From Neoechinorhynchus agilis (lineage: Eukaryota > Animalia > Acanthocephala), in assembly GCA_051530055.1 (NCBI GenBank), contig CM121342.1, positions 11,485,480 to 11,549,479 on the forward strand: DNA of 64,000 bases. The letters run 5' to 3'. Within the stretch, counting starts at the first letter, position 1, and each line of letters begins with the position of its first letter. The notes beneath the pieces were generated by a model. That model was not told the origin of the DNA, searched no databases, and was given only the letters and a program-made list of their open reading frames with translations. This document shows, piece after piece, positions 11,479 through 24,274 of the stretch. Both the position numbers and the translations under genes were made by a program.

Positions 11479-11646
11479 ATAAAAAAGGAAATCGAATTCA
11501 TTATGATCAGCTTTTCTAATTGAAAAAAACTTGTCCGGTTGGATAATAAACTGGTAAAACGTTTCTTAACTGATTTAGGAAACTTTTCCCAAAGATTACG
11601 ATCAAAATTTGCCGGTTTGCTTGTATGTGTAGAAAATATCGAACTT

Positions 11647-14600
11647 CAACGTCCGCCGCGCCGGCTGTTTCGCTCGCTGGGGAGAGGGTGCCCAGTCTCC
11701 AATGCAAATTGGTCAAATGCAATGTTTGTCTTCGTGACTACAAACCGACTCTCAGTGGTCTCGTACGCTCCCACGGTCAACATGGGTCGCATTGCTCTGG
11801 ATTCAGAAAACCTCCGTCTTCATCCAACCCTTCCAATCCAACCGAACTCACAACAGTGGTCACAGACACAAATGGCCCACTGCCAGCACTGATCGGGATG
11901 CTCTCACACGGTACCCGCATGATTAGGCGAATCCCGCGAGGAGCCAGGGCCTCAGTTGCCTCCAAATTAGCATGACTGATCGAGTGCATCGTATGTGATC
12001 CAACTGTACCATCTGACTGGCTCAACCTCCTCGCGTTTCCGAAAGCCGTCTTACGTGTTCCCACACAAACATCTGAAGCCAACGAGAATCAATCGCTTAG
12101 CCAAAAGATTCGCAACAGGTCCGACGCTTTCGAGTCCCTTCAACAAGTCGATCATCTTGGATGGCCGAGCCATCGCCGTAGTGCTCCTCACGACATGGAC
12201 TCTCAACTCCGCGCGAAATGCTCCGAGAACCAGGAGGACGGCGATCGTGTGCCGTTCGACTTGTAAGCGGAACGGACCGCCTACTCGCGCCGAACAAGGA
12301 CAACCTCGACTCTTTAAAATTGAAGCACCCTCCGCGCAGACGGAATTGCTTCAAGCCAAATTATGATCCGTCGGGTACAGAGCCCGATCACGACACCCTC
12401 ATCCCCATTACAGTCTCTACCGTCACTTCTGCTCTGATGTCGTTTCCGCCATCCAGCTGGAGGGCATTATGATTTGAGCCCTCGACACTTACGAGATTTG
12501 ATCTGCTTCTCCTCTGGAGCTTAAGGTACGCGATTGCTGAACGCAATCACTGAGCTCGTACGCATAATCATTCGCGGTTCCGTTCCTCCTCCAGTCGCAA
12601 CTCTACTCCGGGGTGCCAAGCTGATCACTTTCACCAAAAAAGGTGGAGGGGTTCGCCCCATTGCTGTGGGTTGTACCTTCCGCCGATTGGCGTCCAAATT
12701 CGCATGTCAGTTCGCCACCGATCGATTTATTGATCAACTCTTGCCAGTTCAATTAGGAGTTGCAGTTCCTGCTGGAGCCGAGGCGGCCGTGCATGCAGCA
12801 CGAGCGTATGGTTTGAATGGTATCCATAAGGGAACGGCTATGGTCAAGCTTGACATGGAGAATGCGTTCAATTCAATATGCCGCACCGCGATGACAGAGG
12901 CTGTCCACCAGCACCTACCAGAAATCTACCAGTACGTGTCCTTGTGGTTCGACCAGTCCAGCATGCTGCTGTTCAGCGAGTTCCAGGTCAAATCAGCAGA
13001 CGGCGTTCAACAAGATGATCCCCTAGGTCCTCTGCTGTTCGCATTGAAGATCAATCATCTTGCCCACAGCTCTTCGTCTGAGTTGTCGATCTGGTACCTC
13101 GACGACTGTTGCATTGGAGGGGAGATCGACCAGCTCATCCGCGACATCAACAGAATCTCCGAAATGGATGCCGATTTCGGACTATTCCTGAGAACGGACA
13201 AATGCGAGATAATCTCGGACGACCAAGAGAATGCATCTAAACTGCTCACCGTACTACCCGGAGCAAAGACAACTGCAACCGACTCAGCTGACATTCTCGC
13301 ATCTCCAATCGGTAGCCTGTCTAACCTGGAAACGTTCCTCTCAAAAGACATCGATCAATTGCGGCTCACAGCTTCCGGGCTCTTGCACATCGCAAGACAC
13401 GACGCTCTTTTCATACCAGGACTATGTCTGTCGCTACAGAAGATCGCTTACCTTCTGAGGACTTTTCCATGCTTCAAGTCAGTGCTCGCAAGGGATTTCG
13501 ACAACTGCGTTCGATCAACCCTGTCAGAAGTCCTCAATCTACGGCTGTCCGACACAGCATGGAAACGGGCGACCCTTCCCATTCGATTCGGCGGTCTTGG
13601 CATCCAGAGTGCCACCGAAGTAGCAATTTCTGCTTTTTCATCATCGATTTCGGCCTCTTCAGACCTGGTGCTGAGAATCATCCCACCACACGCTACACAC
13701 TGCGTCCTATAAGCAGCTTCTCGAGTCATTCTCATCTCCGACGGATAGAGCCCGTCTCCTGGCAGTCTCGACTTTACACTCAAGCGACTTCTTGAAGGCT
13801 TTCCGGATCACGGCTGTTGGCACGAGGCTGGATGACCAAGCCATCACCGTCGCTGTGGGACGTCGTTCGGGCATAAATTTCTAAGGCTCATATACATGCC
13901 GGTGCGGTGAGACAGTGAACAGGTCGGGAACTAACGGCCCTGACTGCAAGCGTTCAAATGCTCGCCAAGCACAACACTCAGCAGTCAACCGCATAATTGA
14001 GGAAGCCCTCTCAACGGCCGGTTCTCCCGCTCGACTCGAACCAGTCGGACTTTCCGGGAACGACTGTAAACGCCCTGATGGAGCGACTCTCTGTGGCGTA
14101 ACAATGAATGTGTTGAAGCAATGAAATGCGCTTTAATTACAGTAAAGTAAACGTACGTCAAATGGTAAGTGGAGTTGAGTGGTAAGTTTAGCGCGGAAAG
14201 AATAATCATTTCCATTACATTCTCCCCTCCTAAAAATCCACTCGAAATCTTTCAGGTTTGCGTCTGATACGAGTTGACCTTCTCAACATAGTTGAAACAA
14301 ATGGGTCCTCAGGTGGTTTTACGTTCGAATCGACCTCAATAACATCACTTTCTTGGGGTTCCTTTGATTCACTTGAATTTTTTCCTCAAAAATCGTTTCG
14401 GGCTCTATTGTTATTGATTTATCTGAAGGGAGGGGAGCTAGATCACGTATTTAAACCGTGCACTCGTTCCCATTTGCAAGCTTAACGTCGGCATAATGAG
14501 GGTTAGCATCTAGGAGATCTACTTCTTGCACTATAGAATCGTACTTGCTTGCTCGAACGTGCTTGCGCATCAGAACCGGACCCTGGGTTAGTAACCATGA

Positions 14601-17600
14601 TGGTAATGCTATTCCATATGAAGATCGACGTCTGAACGAAAGCATTCTGTCATGTAGGGTCAAGTTGGTATTCGTTGACAGAAGTGAGCGAATGGAGTGA
14701 AGCGCTTGAGGAAGAACAGTCTCCCATTCCGGCACATCCATTTTGCGAGATTGCTGTGTATGTTTAACGGTTCTCCATATGATTCCGTTGAACCTTTCAA
14801 TTTGCGAGTGCCGGTTGGATGGTACGGAGTTGTTCTGCTGGTTGCGACGTTGCTTTTTTTAGGAAATTTTGAACTTCCTGACTCATAAAAGCACTCCCAC
14901 GATCACTATACACGTAACCAGCCATCCCAAACATTGAAAATATGGAAGTGAGAGCTTGTATGACTGTCGAACTGCTCATATCCCTGCATGGTATGGCGAA
15001 CGGGTATCTTGAGTATTCGTCAATCGCAGTAAAAATGTACTTATTTCCGGTACTGGAAGGGAGAGGCCCTTTAAAGTCGATAGCTAGTCGGTCCATCGGA
15101 TTGAGAGCCTGTATAAGTTTAGAATCCGTGGGAGGAGCATAAAACTGAGGCTTTGTTTTCGCACAAACTCTGCATGATGAACAGGCGGCTTTAACATCTT
15201 GGGTTGATAAAGGTAGGTTTTTACTTCGTGCTATTCCGGGATGGCATAACGAATCGTGAATGGTTGACAGGTCTGTTAAGCAACTGCTTGCGAATACACG
15301 AGATAGGGCATCCGGTCCCGCGTTCTCGACCCCTGGTCTATATCGCACGCTATAATTCATGTCTGCCAGCTCTATTCTCCAACCTAGGATCTTGTATTTT
15401 TAATCTTTGACCGATTTTTGGTCAGTTACGAGCTCAAATCGTCGGCCACTCAATAGATGTTTCCATTTTCTTACCGCTTCAATCACGGCCATTGCCTGTT
15501 TTTCTACTGCTGGATATCGCTTTTTCACATTGATTGAGTGTTCTGGACCAGAAGGCAACCGGTCGCCCTTTTTGATTTAACGTAGCAGAGACCGCTACAT
15601 CCGAAGCATCGCACTCCACAGTGAAAATACTTTGCTCATCTATCGTACTTAAGGCCGCCTTCTTCAACGAGTTTTTAAGGTCTGAGATTGCCTGGACTAC
15701 CATTGCACTTAACGGGAAAGACTGACATTCGTAAAGTGGTTTCATCTTATCAGCGAATTGGGAGATCCATTTCGAATAATAGGCGAAGAGGCCTATCATT
15801 CGTCGTAGACTTGGGAGATCATTTGGTAGAGGCATCTCCATCAACGATCGTAATCTTTCTGGGTCAGGAGTTATGATGCCCTTAGGGATATTTTATCCCA
15901 GTAAGTTTAGTGATTCCACTGAACTTATAGTCTTTGCTCGGTTGAGGGTAAGTTTTCGTTTATTTGCGGCATCTAGGAATCGTCTGACGTGCTCATCGTG
16001 TTCCTCCTGGTCTGCACCCACTATGGTCACATTATCGAGATATGCGAACGTATTTTTCAATCCATCTTCCAAAATCATGTTGTCCATTGCGCGTTGGAAG
16101 GCCGATACACCATTCGTCACACCGAAGGGTATTCGAGTATACTGATACAGGTGGCCATTCGCCTCAAACGCAGTATATTGCCTTTCGTACTCGGCGATGC
16201 CCACTTGGTGGTAAGCATTTTTGAGGTCAAAAGTCGAAAAAATCCTATATTGTGCTATCTGGTTAATTAATTCATGCATATTTGGTAGAGGATAAGCATC
16301 GAGCGAAGTGAATCTATTAACGGTTTGAGATTAATCGATACACATCCGACGTCGTTTGGGATCATCTTTAGAACGTACTATTACAACTTGAGCACGCCAT
16401 GGTGATCTACACTTTTCGATGACTCCTTCCCGTAGCAACCTGTCAACTTCGGCTGCAATAAAATCGCGATCGGCTTTGCAGTACGTTCGCGACTTCGTAG
16501 CGACAGGTTTTATGACTTTGGGTATGGAGTCAAATAATGGCGTCTCGAGTAAGTGGGCCTTGAGCAAATTACACACATTCACCTTCGGAGAAACTAGGAG
16601 TTCCTCGGCAGACTCATCAAATACAAACTTGGCACTTATGTTTCCTTTGAAAATCTAAACCAAGAATAATATCAGAGCATAGATTCTCCAGGACATTAAG
16701 GTGGGTTCCTAAATAGGTACGTTTGCCCAACTCCATTTTCGCAACACAGAATGCAGTAATAGTCTGACGATGAGCATTAGAGGCGAGGCTGATATATCTA
16801 AGCGTAGATATCAATTGTAGGTTACAGCGTCGGGCAGCATCTGAGTGAATAAAGCTACATGAACTTCCGGAATTCGCTAGAGTAGCAATCGCAAGACGCT
16901 TTCTTTTTGACTTACAAACTTTCGCCCAATGTCCCATTTTATCACAATTCCTGCATTCGGCGCCTTTGGCAGGACAACGTTGTCGTGAGTGCGGATCACA
17001 TCCACAAAACCAACACTGTTTGTAGTTACGGTAGCAGATTGTTCTTCAGGACAGTTAAAGTATTTCTCACTCGGTGTCAATTCAGTATCTATCGCTGCGG
17101 CCATTCCATTGAAATCTTTGTTGTACGTTTCTGCATTCCTTTGGGCGGAGTCCAGAGACTTGGCGATGTCTACAGCTTCGTTGAGGTCTAAAGATGGTCT
17201 CTCAAGTAATCTTTGTCGAATGAGAGAAGATTTGATGCCATTAATAAAAGCATCGCGCACCAGGTCCAATCGATATTCTTCAGCAGTCACTTTGACCAAC
17301 GCACATTTTTTATTTAGTGTATGGAGTTGTTGGACAAAATCATCAATCGATTCGTCCGCTTGCTGCATTCTTGTGGCCAATGGATGGCGAGCGAATACGC
17401 TGTTTGTGGTTTTGATGTATAAACTGTCCAGGACCGCCATAGCCGAGTCGAAGGCTTCTTGATCTGCGATTAGTTCGAACACAGCGGGACTGACGAACCT
17501 CACTAAACAGAATAATTTGTCTGGTTTCTCCTCTTTCTTAGACTTGAGAAAATTATTGAAAGTTGTTTTCCAATACTTGTAATCTCTTTCCGCGTTCGGC

Positions 17601-18287
17601 TCGTTGGGTTCGGTCGCAAGTTTCTCCGGACAGAGAAAACGTTCCATGTTTGGCAAATAGAAGAGACTACTGTAATTAAACTGTGGCGTAACAATGAATG
17701 TGTTGAAGCAATGAAATGCGCTTTAATTACAGTAAAGTAAACGCACGTCATACACTCTCCTCCCATGGTGTTCCGGGAAAATACAAGTTTGGGATTTTAC
17801 TTGCCCGTTGTCGCATTGTATTCTTTTTTAGCGACATTTTTTTATTCAACACTTAATCGCACACACCTATTTTTAACCCTACATGATAAATCGATTAAGC
17901 GTGTGTTAATCGACCAGTCGACCAATCGATTAAAAACTGTTAATCGACCTATCACACCCGTCAGTTTCAGCGAGGAAAAGAAGCGGCATAAGTACTCGCT
18001 CGATGGGCATCAATATATATTCATCCCGATTGCAATGGAAACGTTGGGATGCTTCGGAAAGAAGCTGATTATTTCCTTTCCCGACTGGGAAGGATGCTTA
18101 AATATGCCGCCGGCGACATGCGCTCCAGCAGTTTCCTGATGCAGCGAATCAGCGCGGCAATCCAATGCGGCAATGCCGCGGCCATCGAGGAAGCTGCCGA
18201 ATAATCATGAGGATAGTTGCAGGATTGGACGAAAAGGAGGAATTTGTGAACGAAAAGAATGAATTATATTTTAAAAATTTCGTTCAA
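11647..18287 (+). mobile_element. CRE-clade non-LTR retrotransposon, subfamily A (zinc finger, RT, restriction-like endonuclease), inactivated and interrupted by a gypsy element
   Basis: KCNVCLRDYKPTLSGLVRSHG, GGVRPIAVGCTFRRL, KLDMENAFNS, GVQQDDPLGPLLF, WYLDD, RPDGATLLPW, FIPIAMETLG. GAACTT flanks both ends (11641-11646, 18288-18293). Has stops and frameshifts. Confidence 0.9.
14092..17754 (-). mobile_element. Ty3/gypsy LTR retrotransposon with both LTRs, PPT and 5-bp TSD; degenerate gag-pol
   Basis: LTRs at 14092-14219 and 17682-17754 (the latter internally deleted), with TG..CA ends. TSD CTCTC at 14087-14091 and 17755-17759, and the empty site is seen at ~37396. PPT at 14220-14230. gag 16877-17656 with zinc knuckle, RT YLDN (15893-16279), RNase H ECDASD, integrase IDFKGP/VDEYSRY. 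Confidence 0.95.
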
Positions 18288-18289
18288 GA

Positions 18290-18720
18290 ACTTATAATAA
18301 TTTACTTCAATTTTTTACCACATACAAAAAGTAATCGAATTAGTTAAGATGAGATTTTCTGAATGTAAACTGTAAAGCGTTTGGTTTATGATCTAGGAAA
18401 CTCATTCCCAAAGTTAACGAACAAAAATTTACAGTTTGCTTGTAAATTCCGAAATATTGAATTTATAATAAATTACTTCAATTTTTTCGCCACAAAATCG
18501 AAATCGAATTCATTAGGATGAGTTTTTTTAATGAGAAAACTTGTTCGGTGGATAATGAACTGGTAAAACGTTTCCTAACTAATTTAAGAAACTCCTTACT
18601 AAAGTTAACGAACAAAAAGTCCGGTTTGCTTGCATGTGCCGAAATATCTTACATATAATAAATCACTACAATTTTTTCACCACATAAAAGAGAAATCGAA
18701 TTCATTAGGATGAGCAAGCA
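18290..18720 (+). repeat. ~190-bp repeat array, cluster 2 (~2.3 units)
   Basis: Unit starts at ~18302, 18473 and 18663. Confidence 0.85.
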
Positions 18721-18779
18721 ATTGAACCACATACTCTTATCTCGAAAAGTATACAATCAAAGAAAACTATTCAAATAAT

Positions 18780-19786
18780 TTATTTTTATTTTAATCAAAA
18801 ACATTAAAAAAGTTCAAAAACTAAGCTCACTGCAAATCAAGTCTCATGTATCTACTAGCCTCCCAGATCCATCTCTTTACCATTCGGAACCGTCGCAAGG
18901 ACACTTGCAGCGTTGCAGCGCTGGATCGCGAGACCCATGTTTTGCAGGAAGAACGTTCCTGCTTTTGGGTCTCCGGTTGCGATCCTTTACAAACATACCA
19001 TACCAATCCAAGAAACACTCTCTATGTGTTATCCTTCAGAATCCCACTCTTTTCCTTTTTGATCCAATCTTTGTCTATTCCATCCGCCCTCTTAACAGGT
19101 GATCAATCCATGAGGAGCAAGGAAGGAAAAAACGAAGATTAAATAACAAAAGTATGACAGCCATACGGCAACCCTCTGTGCATTTTTGAACGCAATCCCT
19201 CTCCGTCTGATGAATACATCATGTCGATATGTTGGAACATTTGTTCGCCTTTCTAGATGAATATCCTTTTTCTCCAGTAGGGATTTAAGGATATCGATGT
19301 TTTGTAAAAGAAATCTGTCTCCTTTTGACTAAGTTTACTTCTTAGTTTCCTTTTCGCCAACTATTTCCACTTTGTTAAGTGTCAGTCTATATTTTACATT
19401 GTTTCTTCTCCCATCATATCTCCATATTTTTGTTAAAAAATTCATCTATAAAAATGATTTGAGATTCTTTTTTGCTCCTTCATTCCATTTCCAAACACAT
19501 TTTCTACATTTCGTTATGAACCAATTTGCGAAGTCTATCCTGAAGTCCGGGGACCCACCTCTACCAAAAAAGAAGTTCCTCCCAAAAATGTTTTGAGCAC
19601 AGGCACCGGAAAGCGAAACTCCGATCCTAACCTAAAAATTCTTTTACACAAACTCTTAATTTTATTAAAAAATGTACCCAGATTGGAGTTATACGTAACT
19701 CTTCTCCTGGTAGAAGGGAAGTTTATCCCTAAAACCCGCGAACATCCTTTGAAGCAGCATTGTTGCAATTCGTTGTTGTTTATTAA
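18780..19786 (-). mobile_element. Chimeric retro-insertion: LINE ORF2 C-terminal part fused to a CRE 3' end, 9-bp TSD
   Basis: TCAAATAAT at 18771-18779 and 19787-19795, single copy at the paralogous site 38272-38280. The minus strand reads VLGINFP (LINE thumb), then ATGDPKAGTFFLQNMGLAIQRCNAASVLA (CRE C-terminus), then an A-rich tail. Confidence 0.75.
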
Positions 19787-19799
19787 TCAAATAATAGAA

Positions 19800-20340
19800 A
19801 AACAAGTTGTGGCAAACTATATAAAAAATTGCAAAAAAATAATCGCCAACGAGTGCCAATCACGTAATTACTCATAAAAGCAAGGTATCGATCGTTTATT
19901 CTTTGTAGATCGATTTTCGAACATTTAGTAGCATTTCAACATGAATGGAGGCAATTTCTAAAAAAAGGAAATTAAAATATTCAATTGTGGTCCCGCGTAA
20001 AAGTTGAATTAAAATTAACGCAATCTTAAACAAATTTTATTTGCCCAGCACCTTTTAGACGCATTTCACTGAAATGCAATAAAGGAGTATAATTTGAAAT
20101 AACAAAAACATCTATGTTTTATAAATAATTAATTAGTTTCTAAGATTTTCATTTGCGTAAAAAAATCGAGTTTGCAAGTCTGATCTTATTTTAAACAAAA
20201 AGCAACGCGATTTTTGATTTCGAAGAACTCGCATTTAAGCATTATTGCGGGATGAAAAACTTAAACATTTTTATCGTAACCGCTTTAAATTTTCGACTTT
20301 TCAGGAATCGGGTAATATATTGTCGCTCAAATCGTTAATG
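19800..20340 (+). repeat. Zinc-finger/kinase cassette flank lacking the zinc-finger exon
   Basis: Similar to 8600-8720 and 9100-9350, and nearly colinear with 38280-38760. Confidence 0.75.
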
Positions 20341-20369
20341 AAACTTCACTTTTTGATATAAGGGGGATG

Positions 20370-22500
20370 TTCGGTAAGTGTCATCGTCCGACAGTTTTGC
20401 AGGAGACAACGCGACACTACAAATACTCCGGTCAAAACACCCATGCAGTAGCAGCAGTTTTGAAATTCCACCTCCTCCCATACAAGACAGGACACCCACT
20501 CTAATTTCAGAGTTAAAAAGGCCACCTCATCTTTTGCAAATGGCTCGGGTCATGGGCTTGACGGGCTGAGGCCTCAGCACCTAAAGGACATGATGTCCTT
20601 TACAACTGGTGAAGCAGCTCTCTAGAAAGTGCGCTTTCTCGGTTAGTCGATCGCCTGACTCGAGAGGACCTGAATGCCGTTACAAAAGACCTATTTTTCG
20701 GAGCATCATTATGTGCCCTCACAAAAAAGAAGGTGGGATTCGTCCCATCGCCGTATCGTCGACGATACGCCGACTTGCAGGAAGAATTCTCTGTAAACGT
20801 ATCACAGAGAAAACCGGGCAGCAAATTCGTCCAATCCAAATGGGCTGCTGCACATCTTGCGAAACGGAAGCTATTATCCACGCGCTCCGAAACTTTACTA
20901 CGAGGAGTTCAGAGCCGTGCGTGATTCTTAAGTGTGATTTTCAGAACGCCTTTAACTCTCTCAATAGAGAAGCGATGTTCTGCGCAATTAGGGTCACGCA
21001 CCAGAAGCCTTCCAGTATTTTCTCAATGCCTACGGGACCGCGACTCTTTTGCTTTTCGAAGACCACCTCATTTGGTCCGAAAGAGGAGTGAGCAAGGAGA
21101 TCATCTCGGTACAATCGCATTCTCCCTAACAGTAAATCCAATAGCGCACTCTCTTCATTCCAGCTTTAGTGCTTGGTACTTGGATGACGCTACGCTCGGA
21201 GGTGATCCCTCCGCAGTACTGCGCGATTTGGAGACGCTGATTAGGGAGACCTCGAGAATGGGAATTGAGCTCACTGCTGAAAAGTGTGAGCTCGTAGTAT
21301 TAAATATCGAAGACGCCGCCAAAGTCAAGGAGCTAATGGATGGGTTCGAGGCCGTGACTCCAGGTCTGAAACTCTTGACTCCAGAGCAACTCAGCCTTCT
21401 GGGTAGTTGCGTCTTTGATTCAAATGTGTAAGCTGAGATCGGTCGTATCATACCGAAACTTTCGTTGCTGTGCGATAGGGTGAGTGCTCTCGGCTCACGA
21501 AGCGTATTCTTCAAACATAAGGAAGGATTGGCTAAGCTCGACGACAAGGTGAGGGCTTGTCGCGAGCGTATTTTCAATGTCCAGTTCTTAGATGACGCGT
21601 GGCGACAAGCTTCATTGCCTGTGTCATCTGAGAGAATGGGTATTCGGGCGGCAGTAGACCTTGCCTTGCCAGCCTTTCTTGGATCGTATGAGGGGAGTCA
21701 ACCAATAGCGAAGAAAATTTCGGGGGAAAAGTTTTGTCTTGACCAAGACTTTGTGGTGGCAGTTGAAGAATGGTGCAAGCAGACAGGCGCTAACAATGTT
21801 CCCGTGAATAGCATCAGACAGTCGATCCGGGACAGACCTTTCGTCGCGATAGCTTAAAGCTATCTACTTTCAGGTTCTCGCGATGGGCGCCGATGATGCA
21901 ACGAGGATCGCAGTGTCCTTAAGACTTGGTCTCCCGATACGCACGACCCGCCGCTGTCGATGTGGGTTTTTGGTTGATGCCTTCGGGCGACACGGTCCCG
22001 TTTGCCGAAAGTCAGGAGGAAGGTTTTCACGCCATTCTGAGATCAATAGCGTAATTTCTCGGGCGTTAATCACGGCGAACTTCCCCAACATCTTGGAACC
22101 CGCCCATCTTTGTCGACTAGACGGTTGTCGACCTGACGGAATTTCGGTCTTTCCCTGGCGGCAGGGCAAATGTCTTCTCATGGACGTCACTTGTGTGGAC
22201 ACCCTCGCAGAAAGCAACATTCCCCAATCTCTCCAAATCGCTGGAGGTGCAGCCAGTGTAGCGGAAGGGAGGAAGGTGCTAAAATATAGGGATTTAGCAA
22301 CGGTCCATTATTTTGTCCCCTTCGGAGAAGACGCATGGAGCACTTCGCGGCTCGGCACTCACTCCGCTCCAGAATCGCTCGAGGAAATTGAGAGAAACGA
22401 CCGGCGACGCACGAGCAGGTGTATTCCTGCGACAAAATATCTCGCTCGCAGTACAATGAGGCAATGCTGCTGGCGTGATAGCGACAGCCGACGAAGGTCC
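20370..22500 (+). mobile_element. CRE-clade non-LTR retrotransposon, subfamily B, degenerate
   Basis: KKEGGIRPIAVSSTIRRL, CDFQNAFNSL, WYLDDATLGG, CRCG..VDAFGRHG..C, RPDGISVFPWRQGKCLLMDVTCVDT. Many frameshifts. Confidence 0.9.
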
Positions 22501-23490
22501 CCATATTCTTTTTGAAGCGTTTGTTGTGGTGGGACCTGTTGATTCGGCGCCGGAATATAATACCCCACTTGACCACCAGATCGCATTGCAGCATTCATTG
22601 CTATTGGCTGCGCTTGCCCATAGTATTTTTGGGGCGTTTTTTGGGGTGGACCTTGTGGATTGGGCGTCGGAGTATAATTTCCGCCCTGACCAGCAGATTG
22701 CATTGAAGCAGTCATTGCCATTCGCCGCGCTTGCCCACAGTCTTTTCGGGTCCTTTGTTGGAATTGACCATGTGTATTCGGCGCCTGACTAAAATATCCG
22801 CTTTGACCAGCAGATTGCATTGTAGCATTCATTGCCATTCGCTTCACTTGTCCATAATTTTCTCGAGACGTTTGCTGGGATGGAAACTGGAGATTTTGGG
22901 CCGCGTGAGGTTGCGGCAATGGTGTCACCGTTCTCCGACTAACACTATGCTGCGTTCCTTCAAATTGTTCTAGCAGTCCTCGTGATCTCTTGCTTGCTGG
23001 TGGTCTTAATTGTCGGTATATTTGATTCCGAATTTTCTCCTGCATGGCATCGTTTTCGTTCCCCCGCTTCCTGATGTCCTGTTATATTACTTTGGTCGTC
23101 AGTTTCCTCCACTTTTTGGCGGACATCAGGTTGAATCAATACTGTTTGATGCGGCTGCACTCGTGCAGTCATTTTAGCAGGTATCCGAAAGCGCTTGGCG
23201 GTTCGCTGTTCCTCGGCCGTAGCTTCCACTTGAAGACTACGCTTTCTCTGCTATGATTCCGGACGACGTTCTTCGTTGTGGTGGACAGAATGGACAACTG
23301 ATTCTGGTTGTGCTTGATGTAGATGCAGTGATGTAGATTGTGCCATTTCGACGTGTCCAGTGAATGCCAAGTCATGAAATGATCGCCCTTGATCAAGCGG
23401 CTCATTTGTCGGGCTCTTGTATCAATAGACTGTTTCCTACTATCAGGTGCGGCAATTTAAGACGCTTGTTCTTTATTTTGATCATTTCTT
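22501..23490 (-). pseudogene. Unidentified Q/P/G-rich coding remnant containing a 117-bp (39-aa) tandem repeat
   Basis: Three indel-free 117-bp units (22501-22617, 22618-22734, 22735-22851) plus a partial one, all in the 22359-23045 frame. The upstream part has a stop and a frameshift. The 3' end abuts the CRE-B element. Confidence 0.55.
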
Positions 23491-24274
23491 CGTTCTTGGG
23501 ACATATTTATATTAATCTCGAAATAATAATAATAATAATGTTTATTATAGCGTGCAGGATTGTTTGTTGACAATAAACCAAACTTATAGAAAACGCGTTA
23601 TAGCGAAGTTACGATTTCTCTGTAGTCGTTCAGTAGATTAAAGGAAGGCAAAAGAGTTGTACGTAGATCATTTAGAACGATATGAAACTAACAACAAATA
23701 GAGAAGCAAGCTTGTTATCTACCAAATGTTTACCGCTTTGTTTTTTGCACCCAATAACATTCAAAAGCACGTTTATCATAATAACGCCAGTGATTTGTTT
23801 CAAACGTCTTCTTATTTATGTTTCAATTCTGAAAATCTAATTTAATTCATGCAAGGAGAAAATTCGCATTTTCCTGTACTTATTCAATATTATTTGCAAA
23901 ATTTAAGACAATAAAGCAATTTTCTCTTTTGGTTGTAAATATACATTGAATTAACATCTTAGTTTTTTCCATACTGACATGCGATTAGGGACTACAAAAA
24001 TTATTATAGTAATTCACTTAATAAACTGCATTCGCTTTTTCTTTAGAGATTGTGTATATCTAAACTTGTGTGATTTTTCAACTTTATTACTACATAGAAA
24101 AAATTGATTTACGAAGGCGTAAAATTTTTTAACTGTCGAAAATGGAAATTAATCAAAGAAAATGTTAGTGATGTCTGCAAAAAAATTTTACCTTAGTGTG
24201 AATTAAAACATCAACTCGCAAGCTCTTCGAATCGAGAATACAATCGTTTTATTTTAAAACTCATTTTTTCGTTT

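Noticed and set aside
11647-11720. HDV-like ribozyme at the CRE-A 5' end (CTCGCTGG motif)
   Set aside because: No P1 partner for the following GGAGAGG and no P2/P4 could be built by eye.
13055-13795. Antisense and alternate-frame ORFs over CRE, gypsy and spectrin sequences (also 16907-17462, 36363-37103, 60301-63906)
   Set aside because: These are shadows of real coding strands with no independent motifs.
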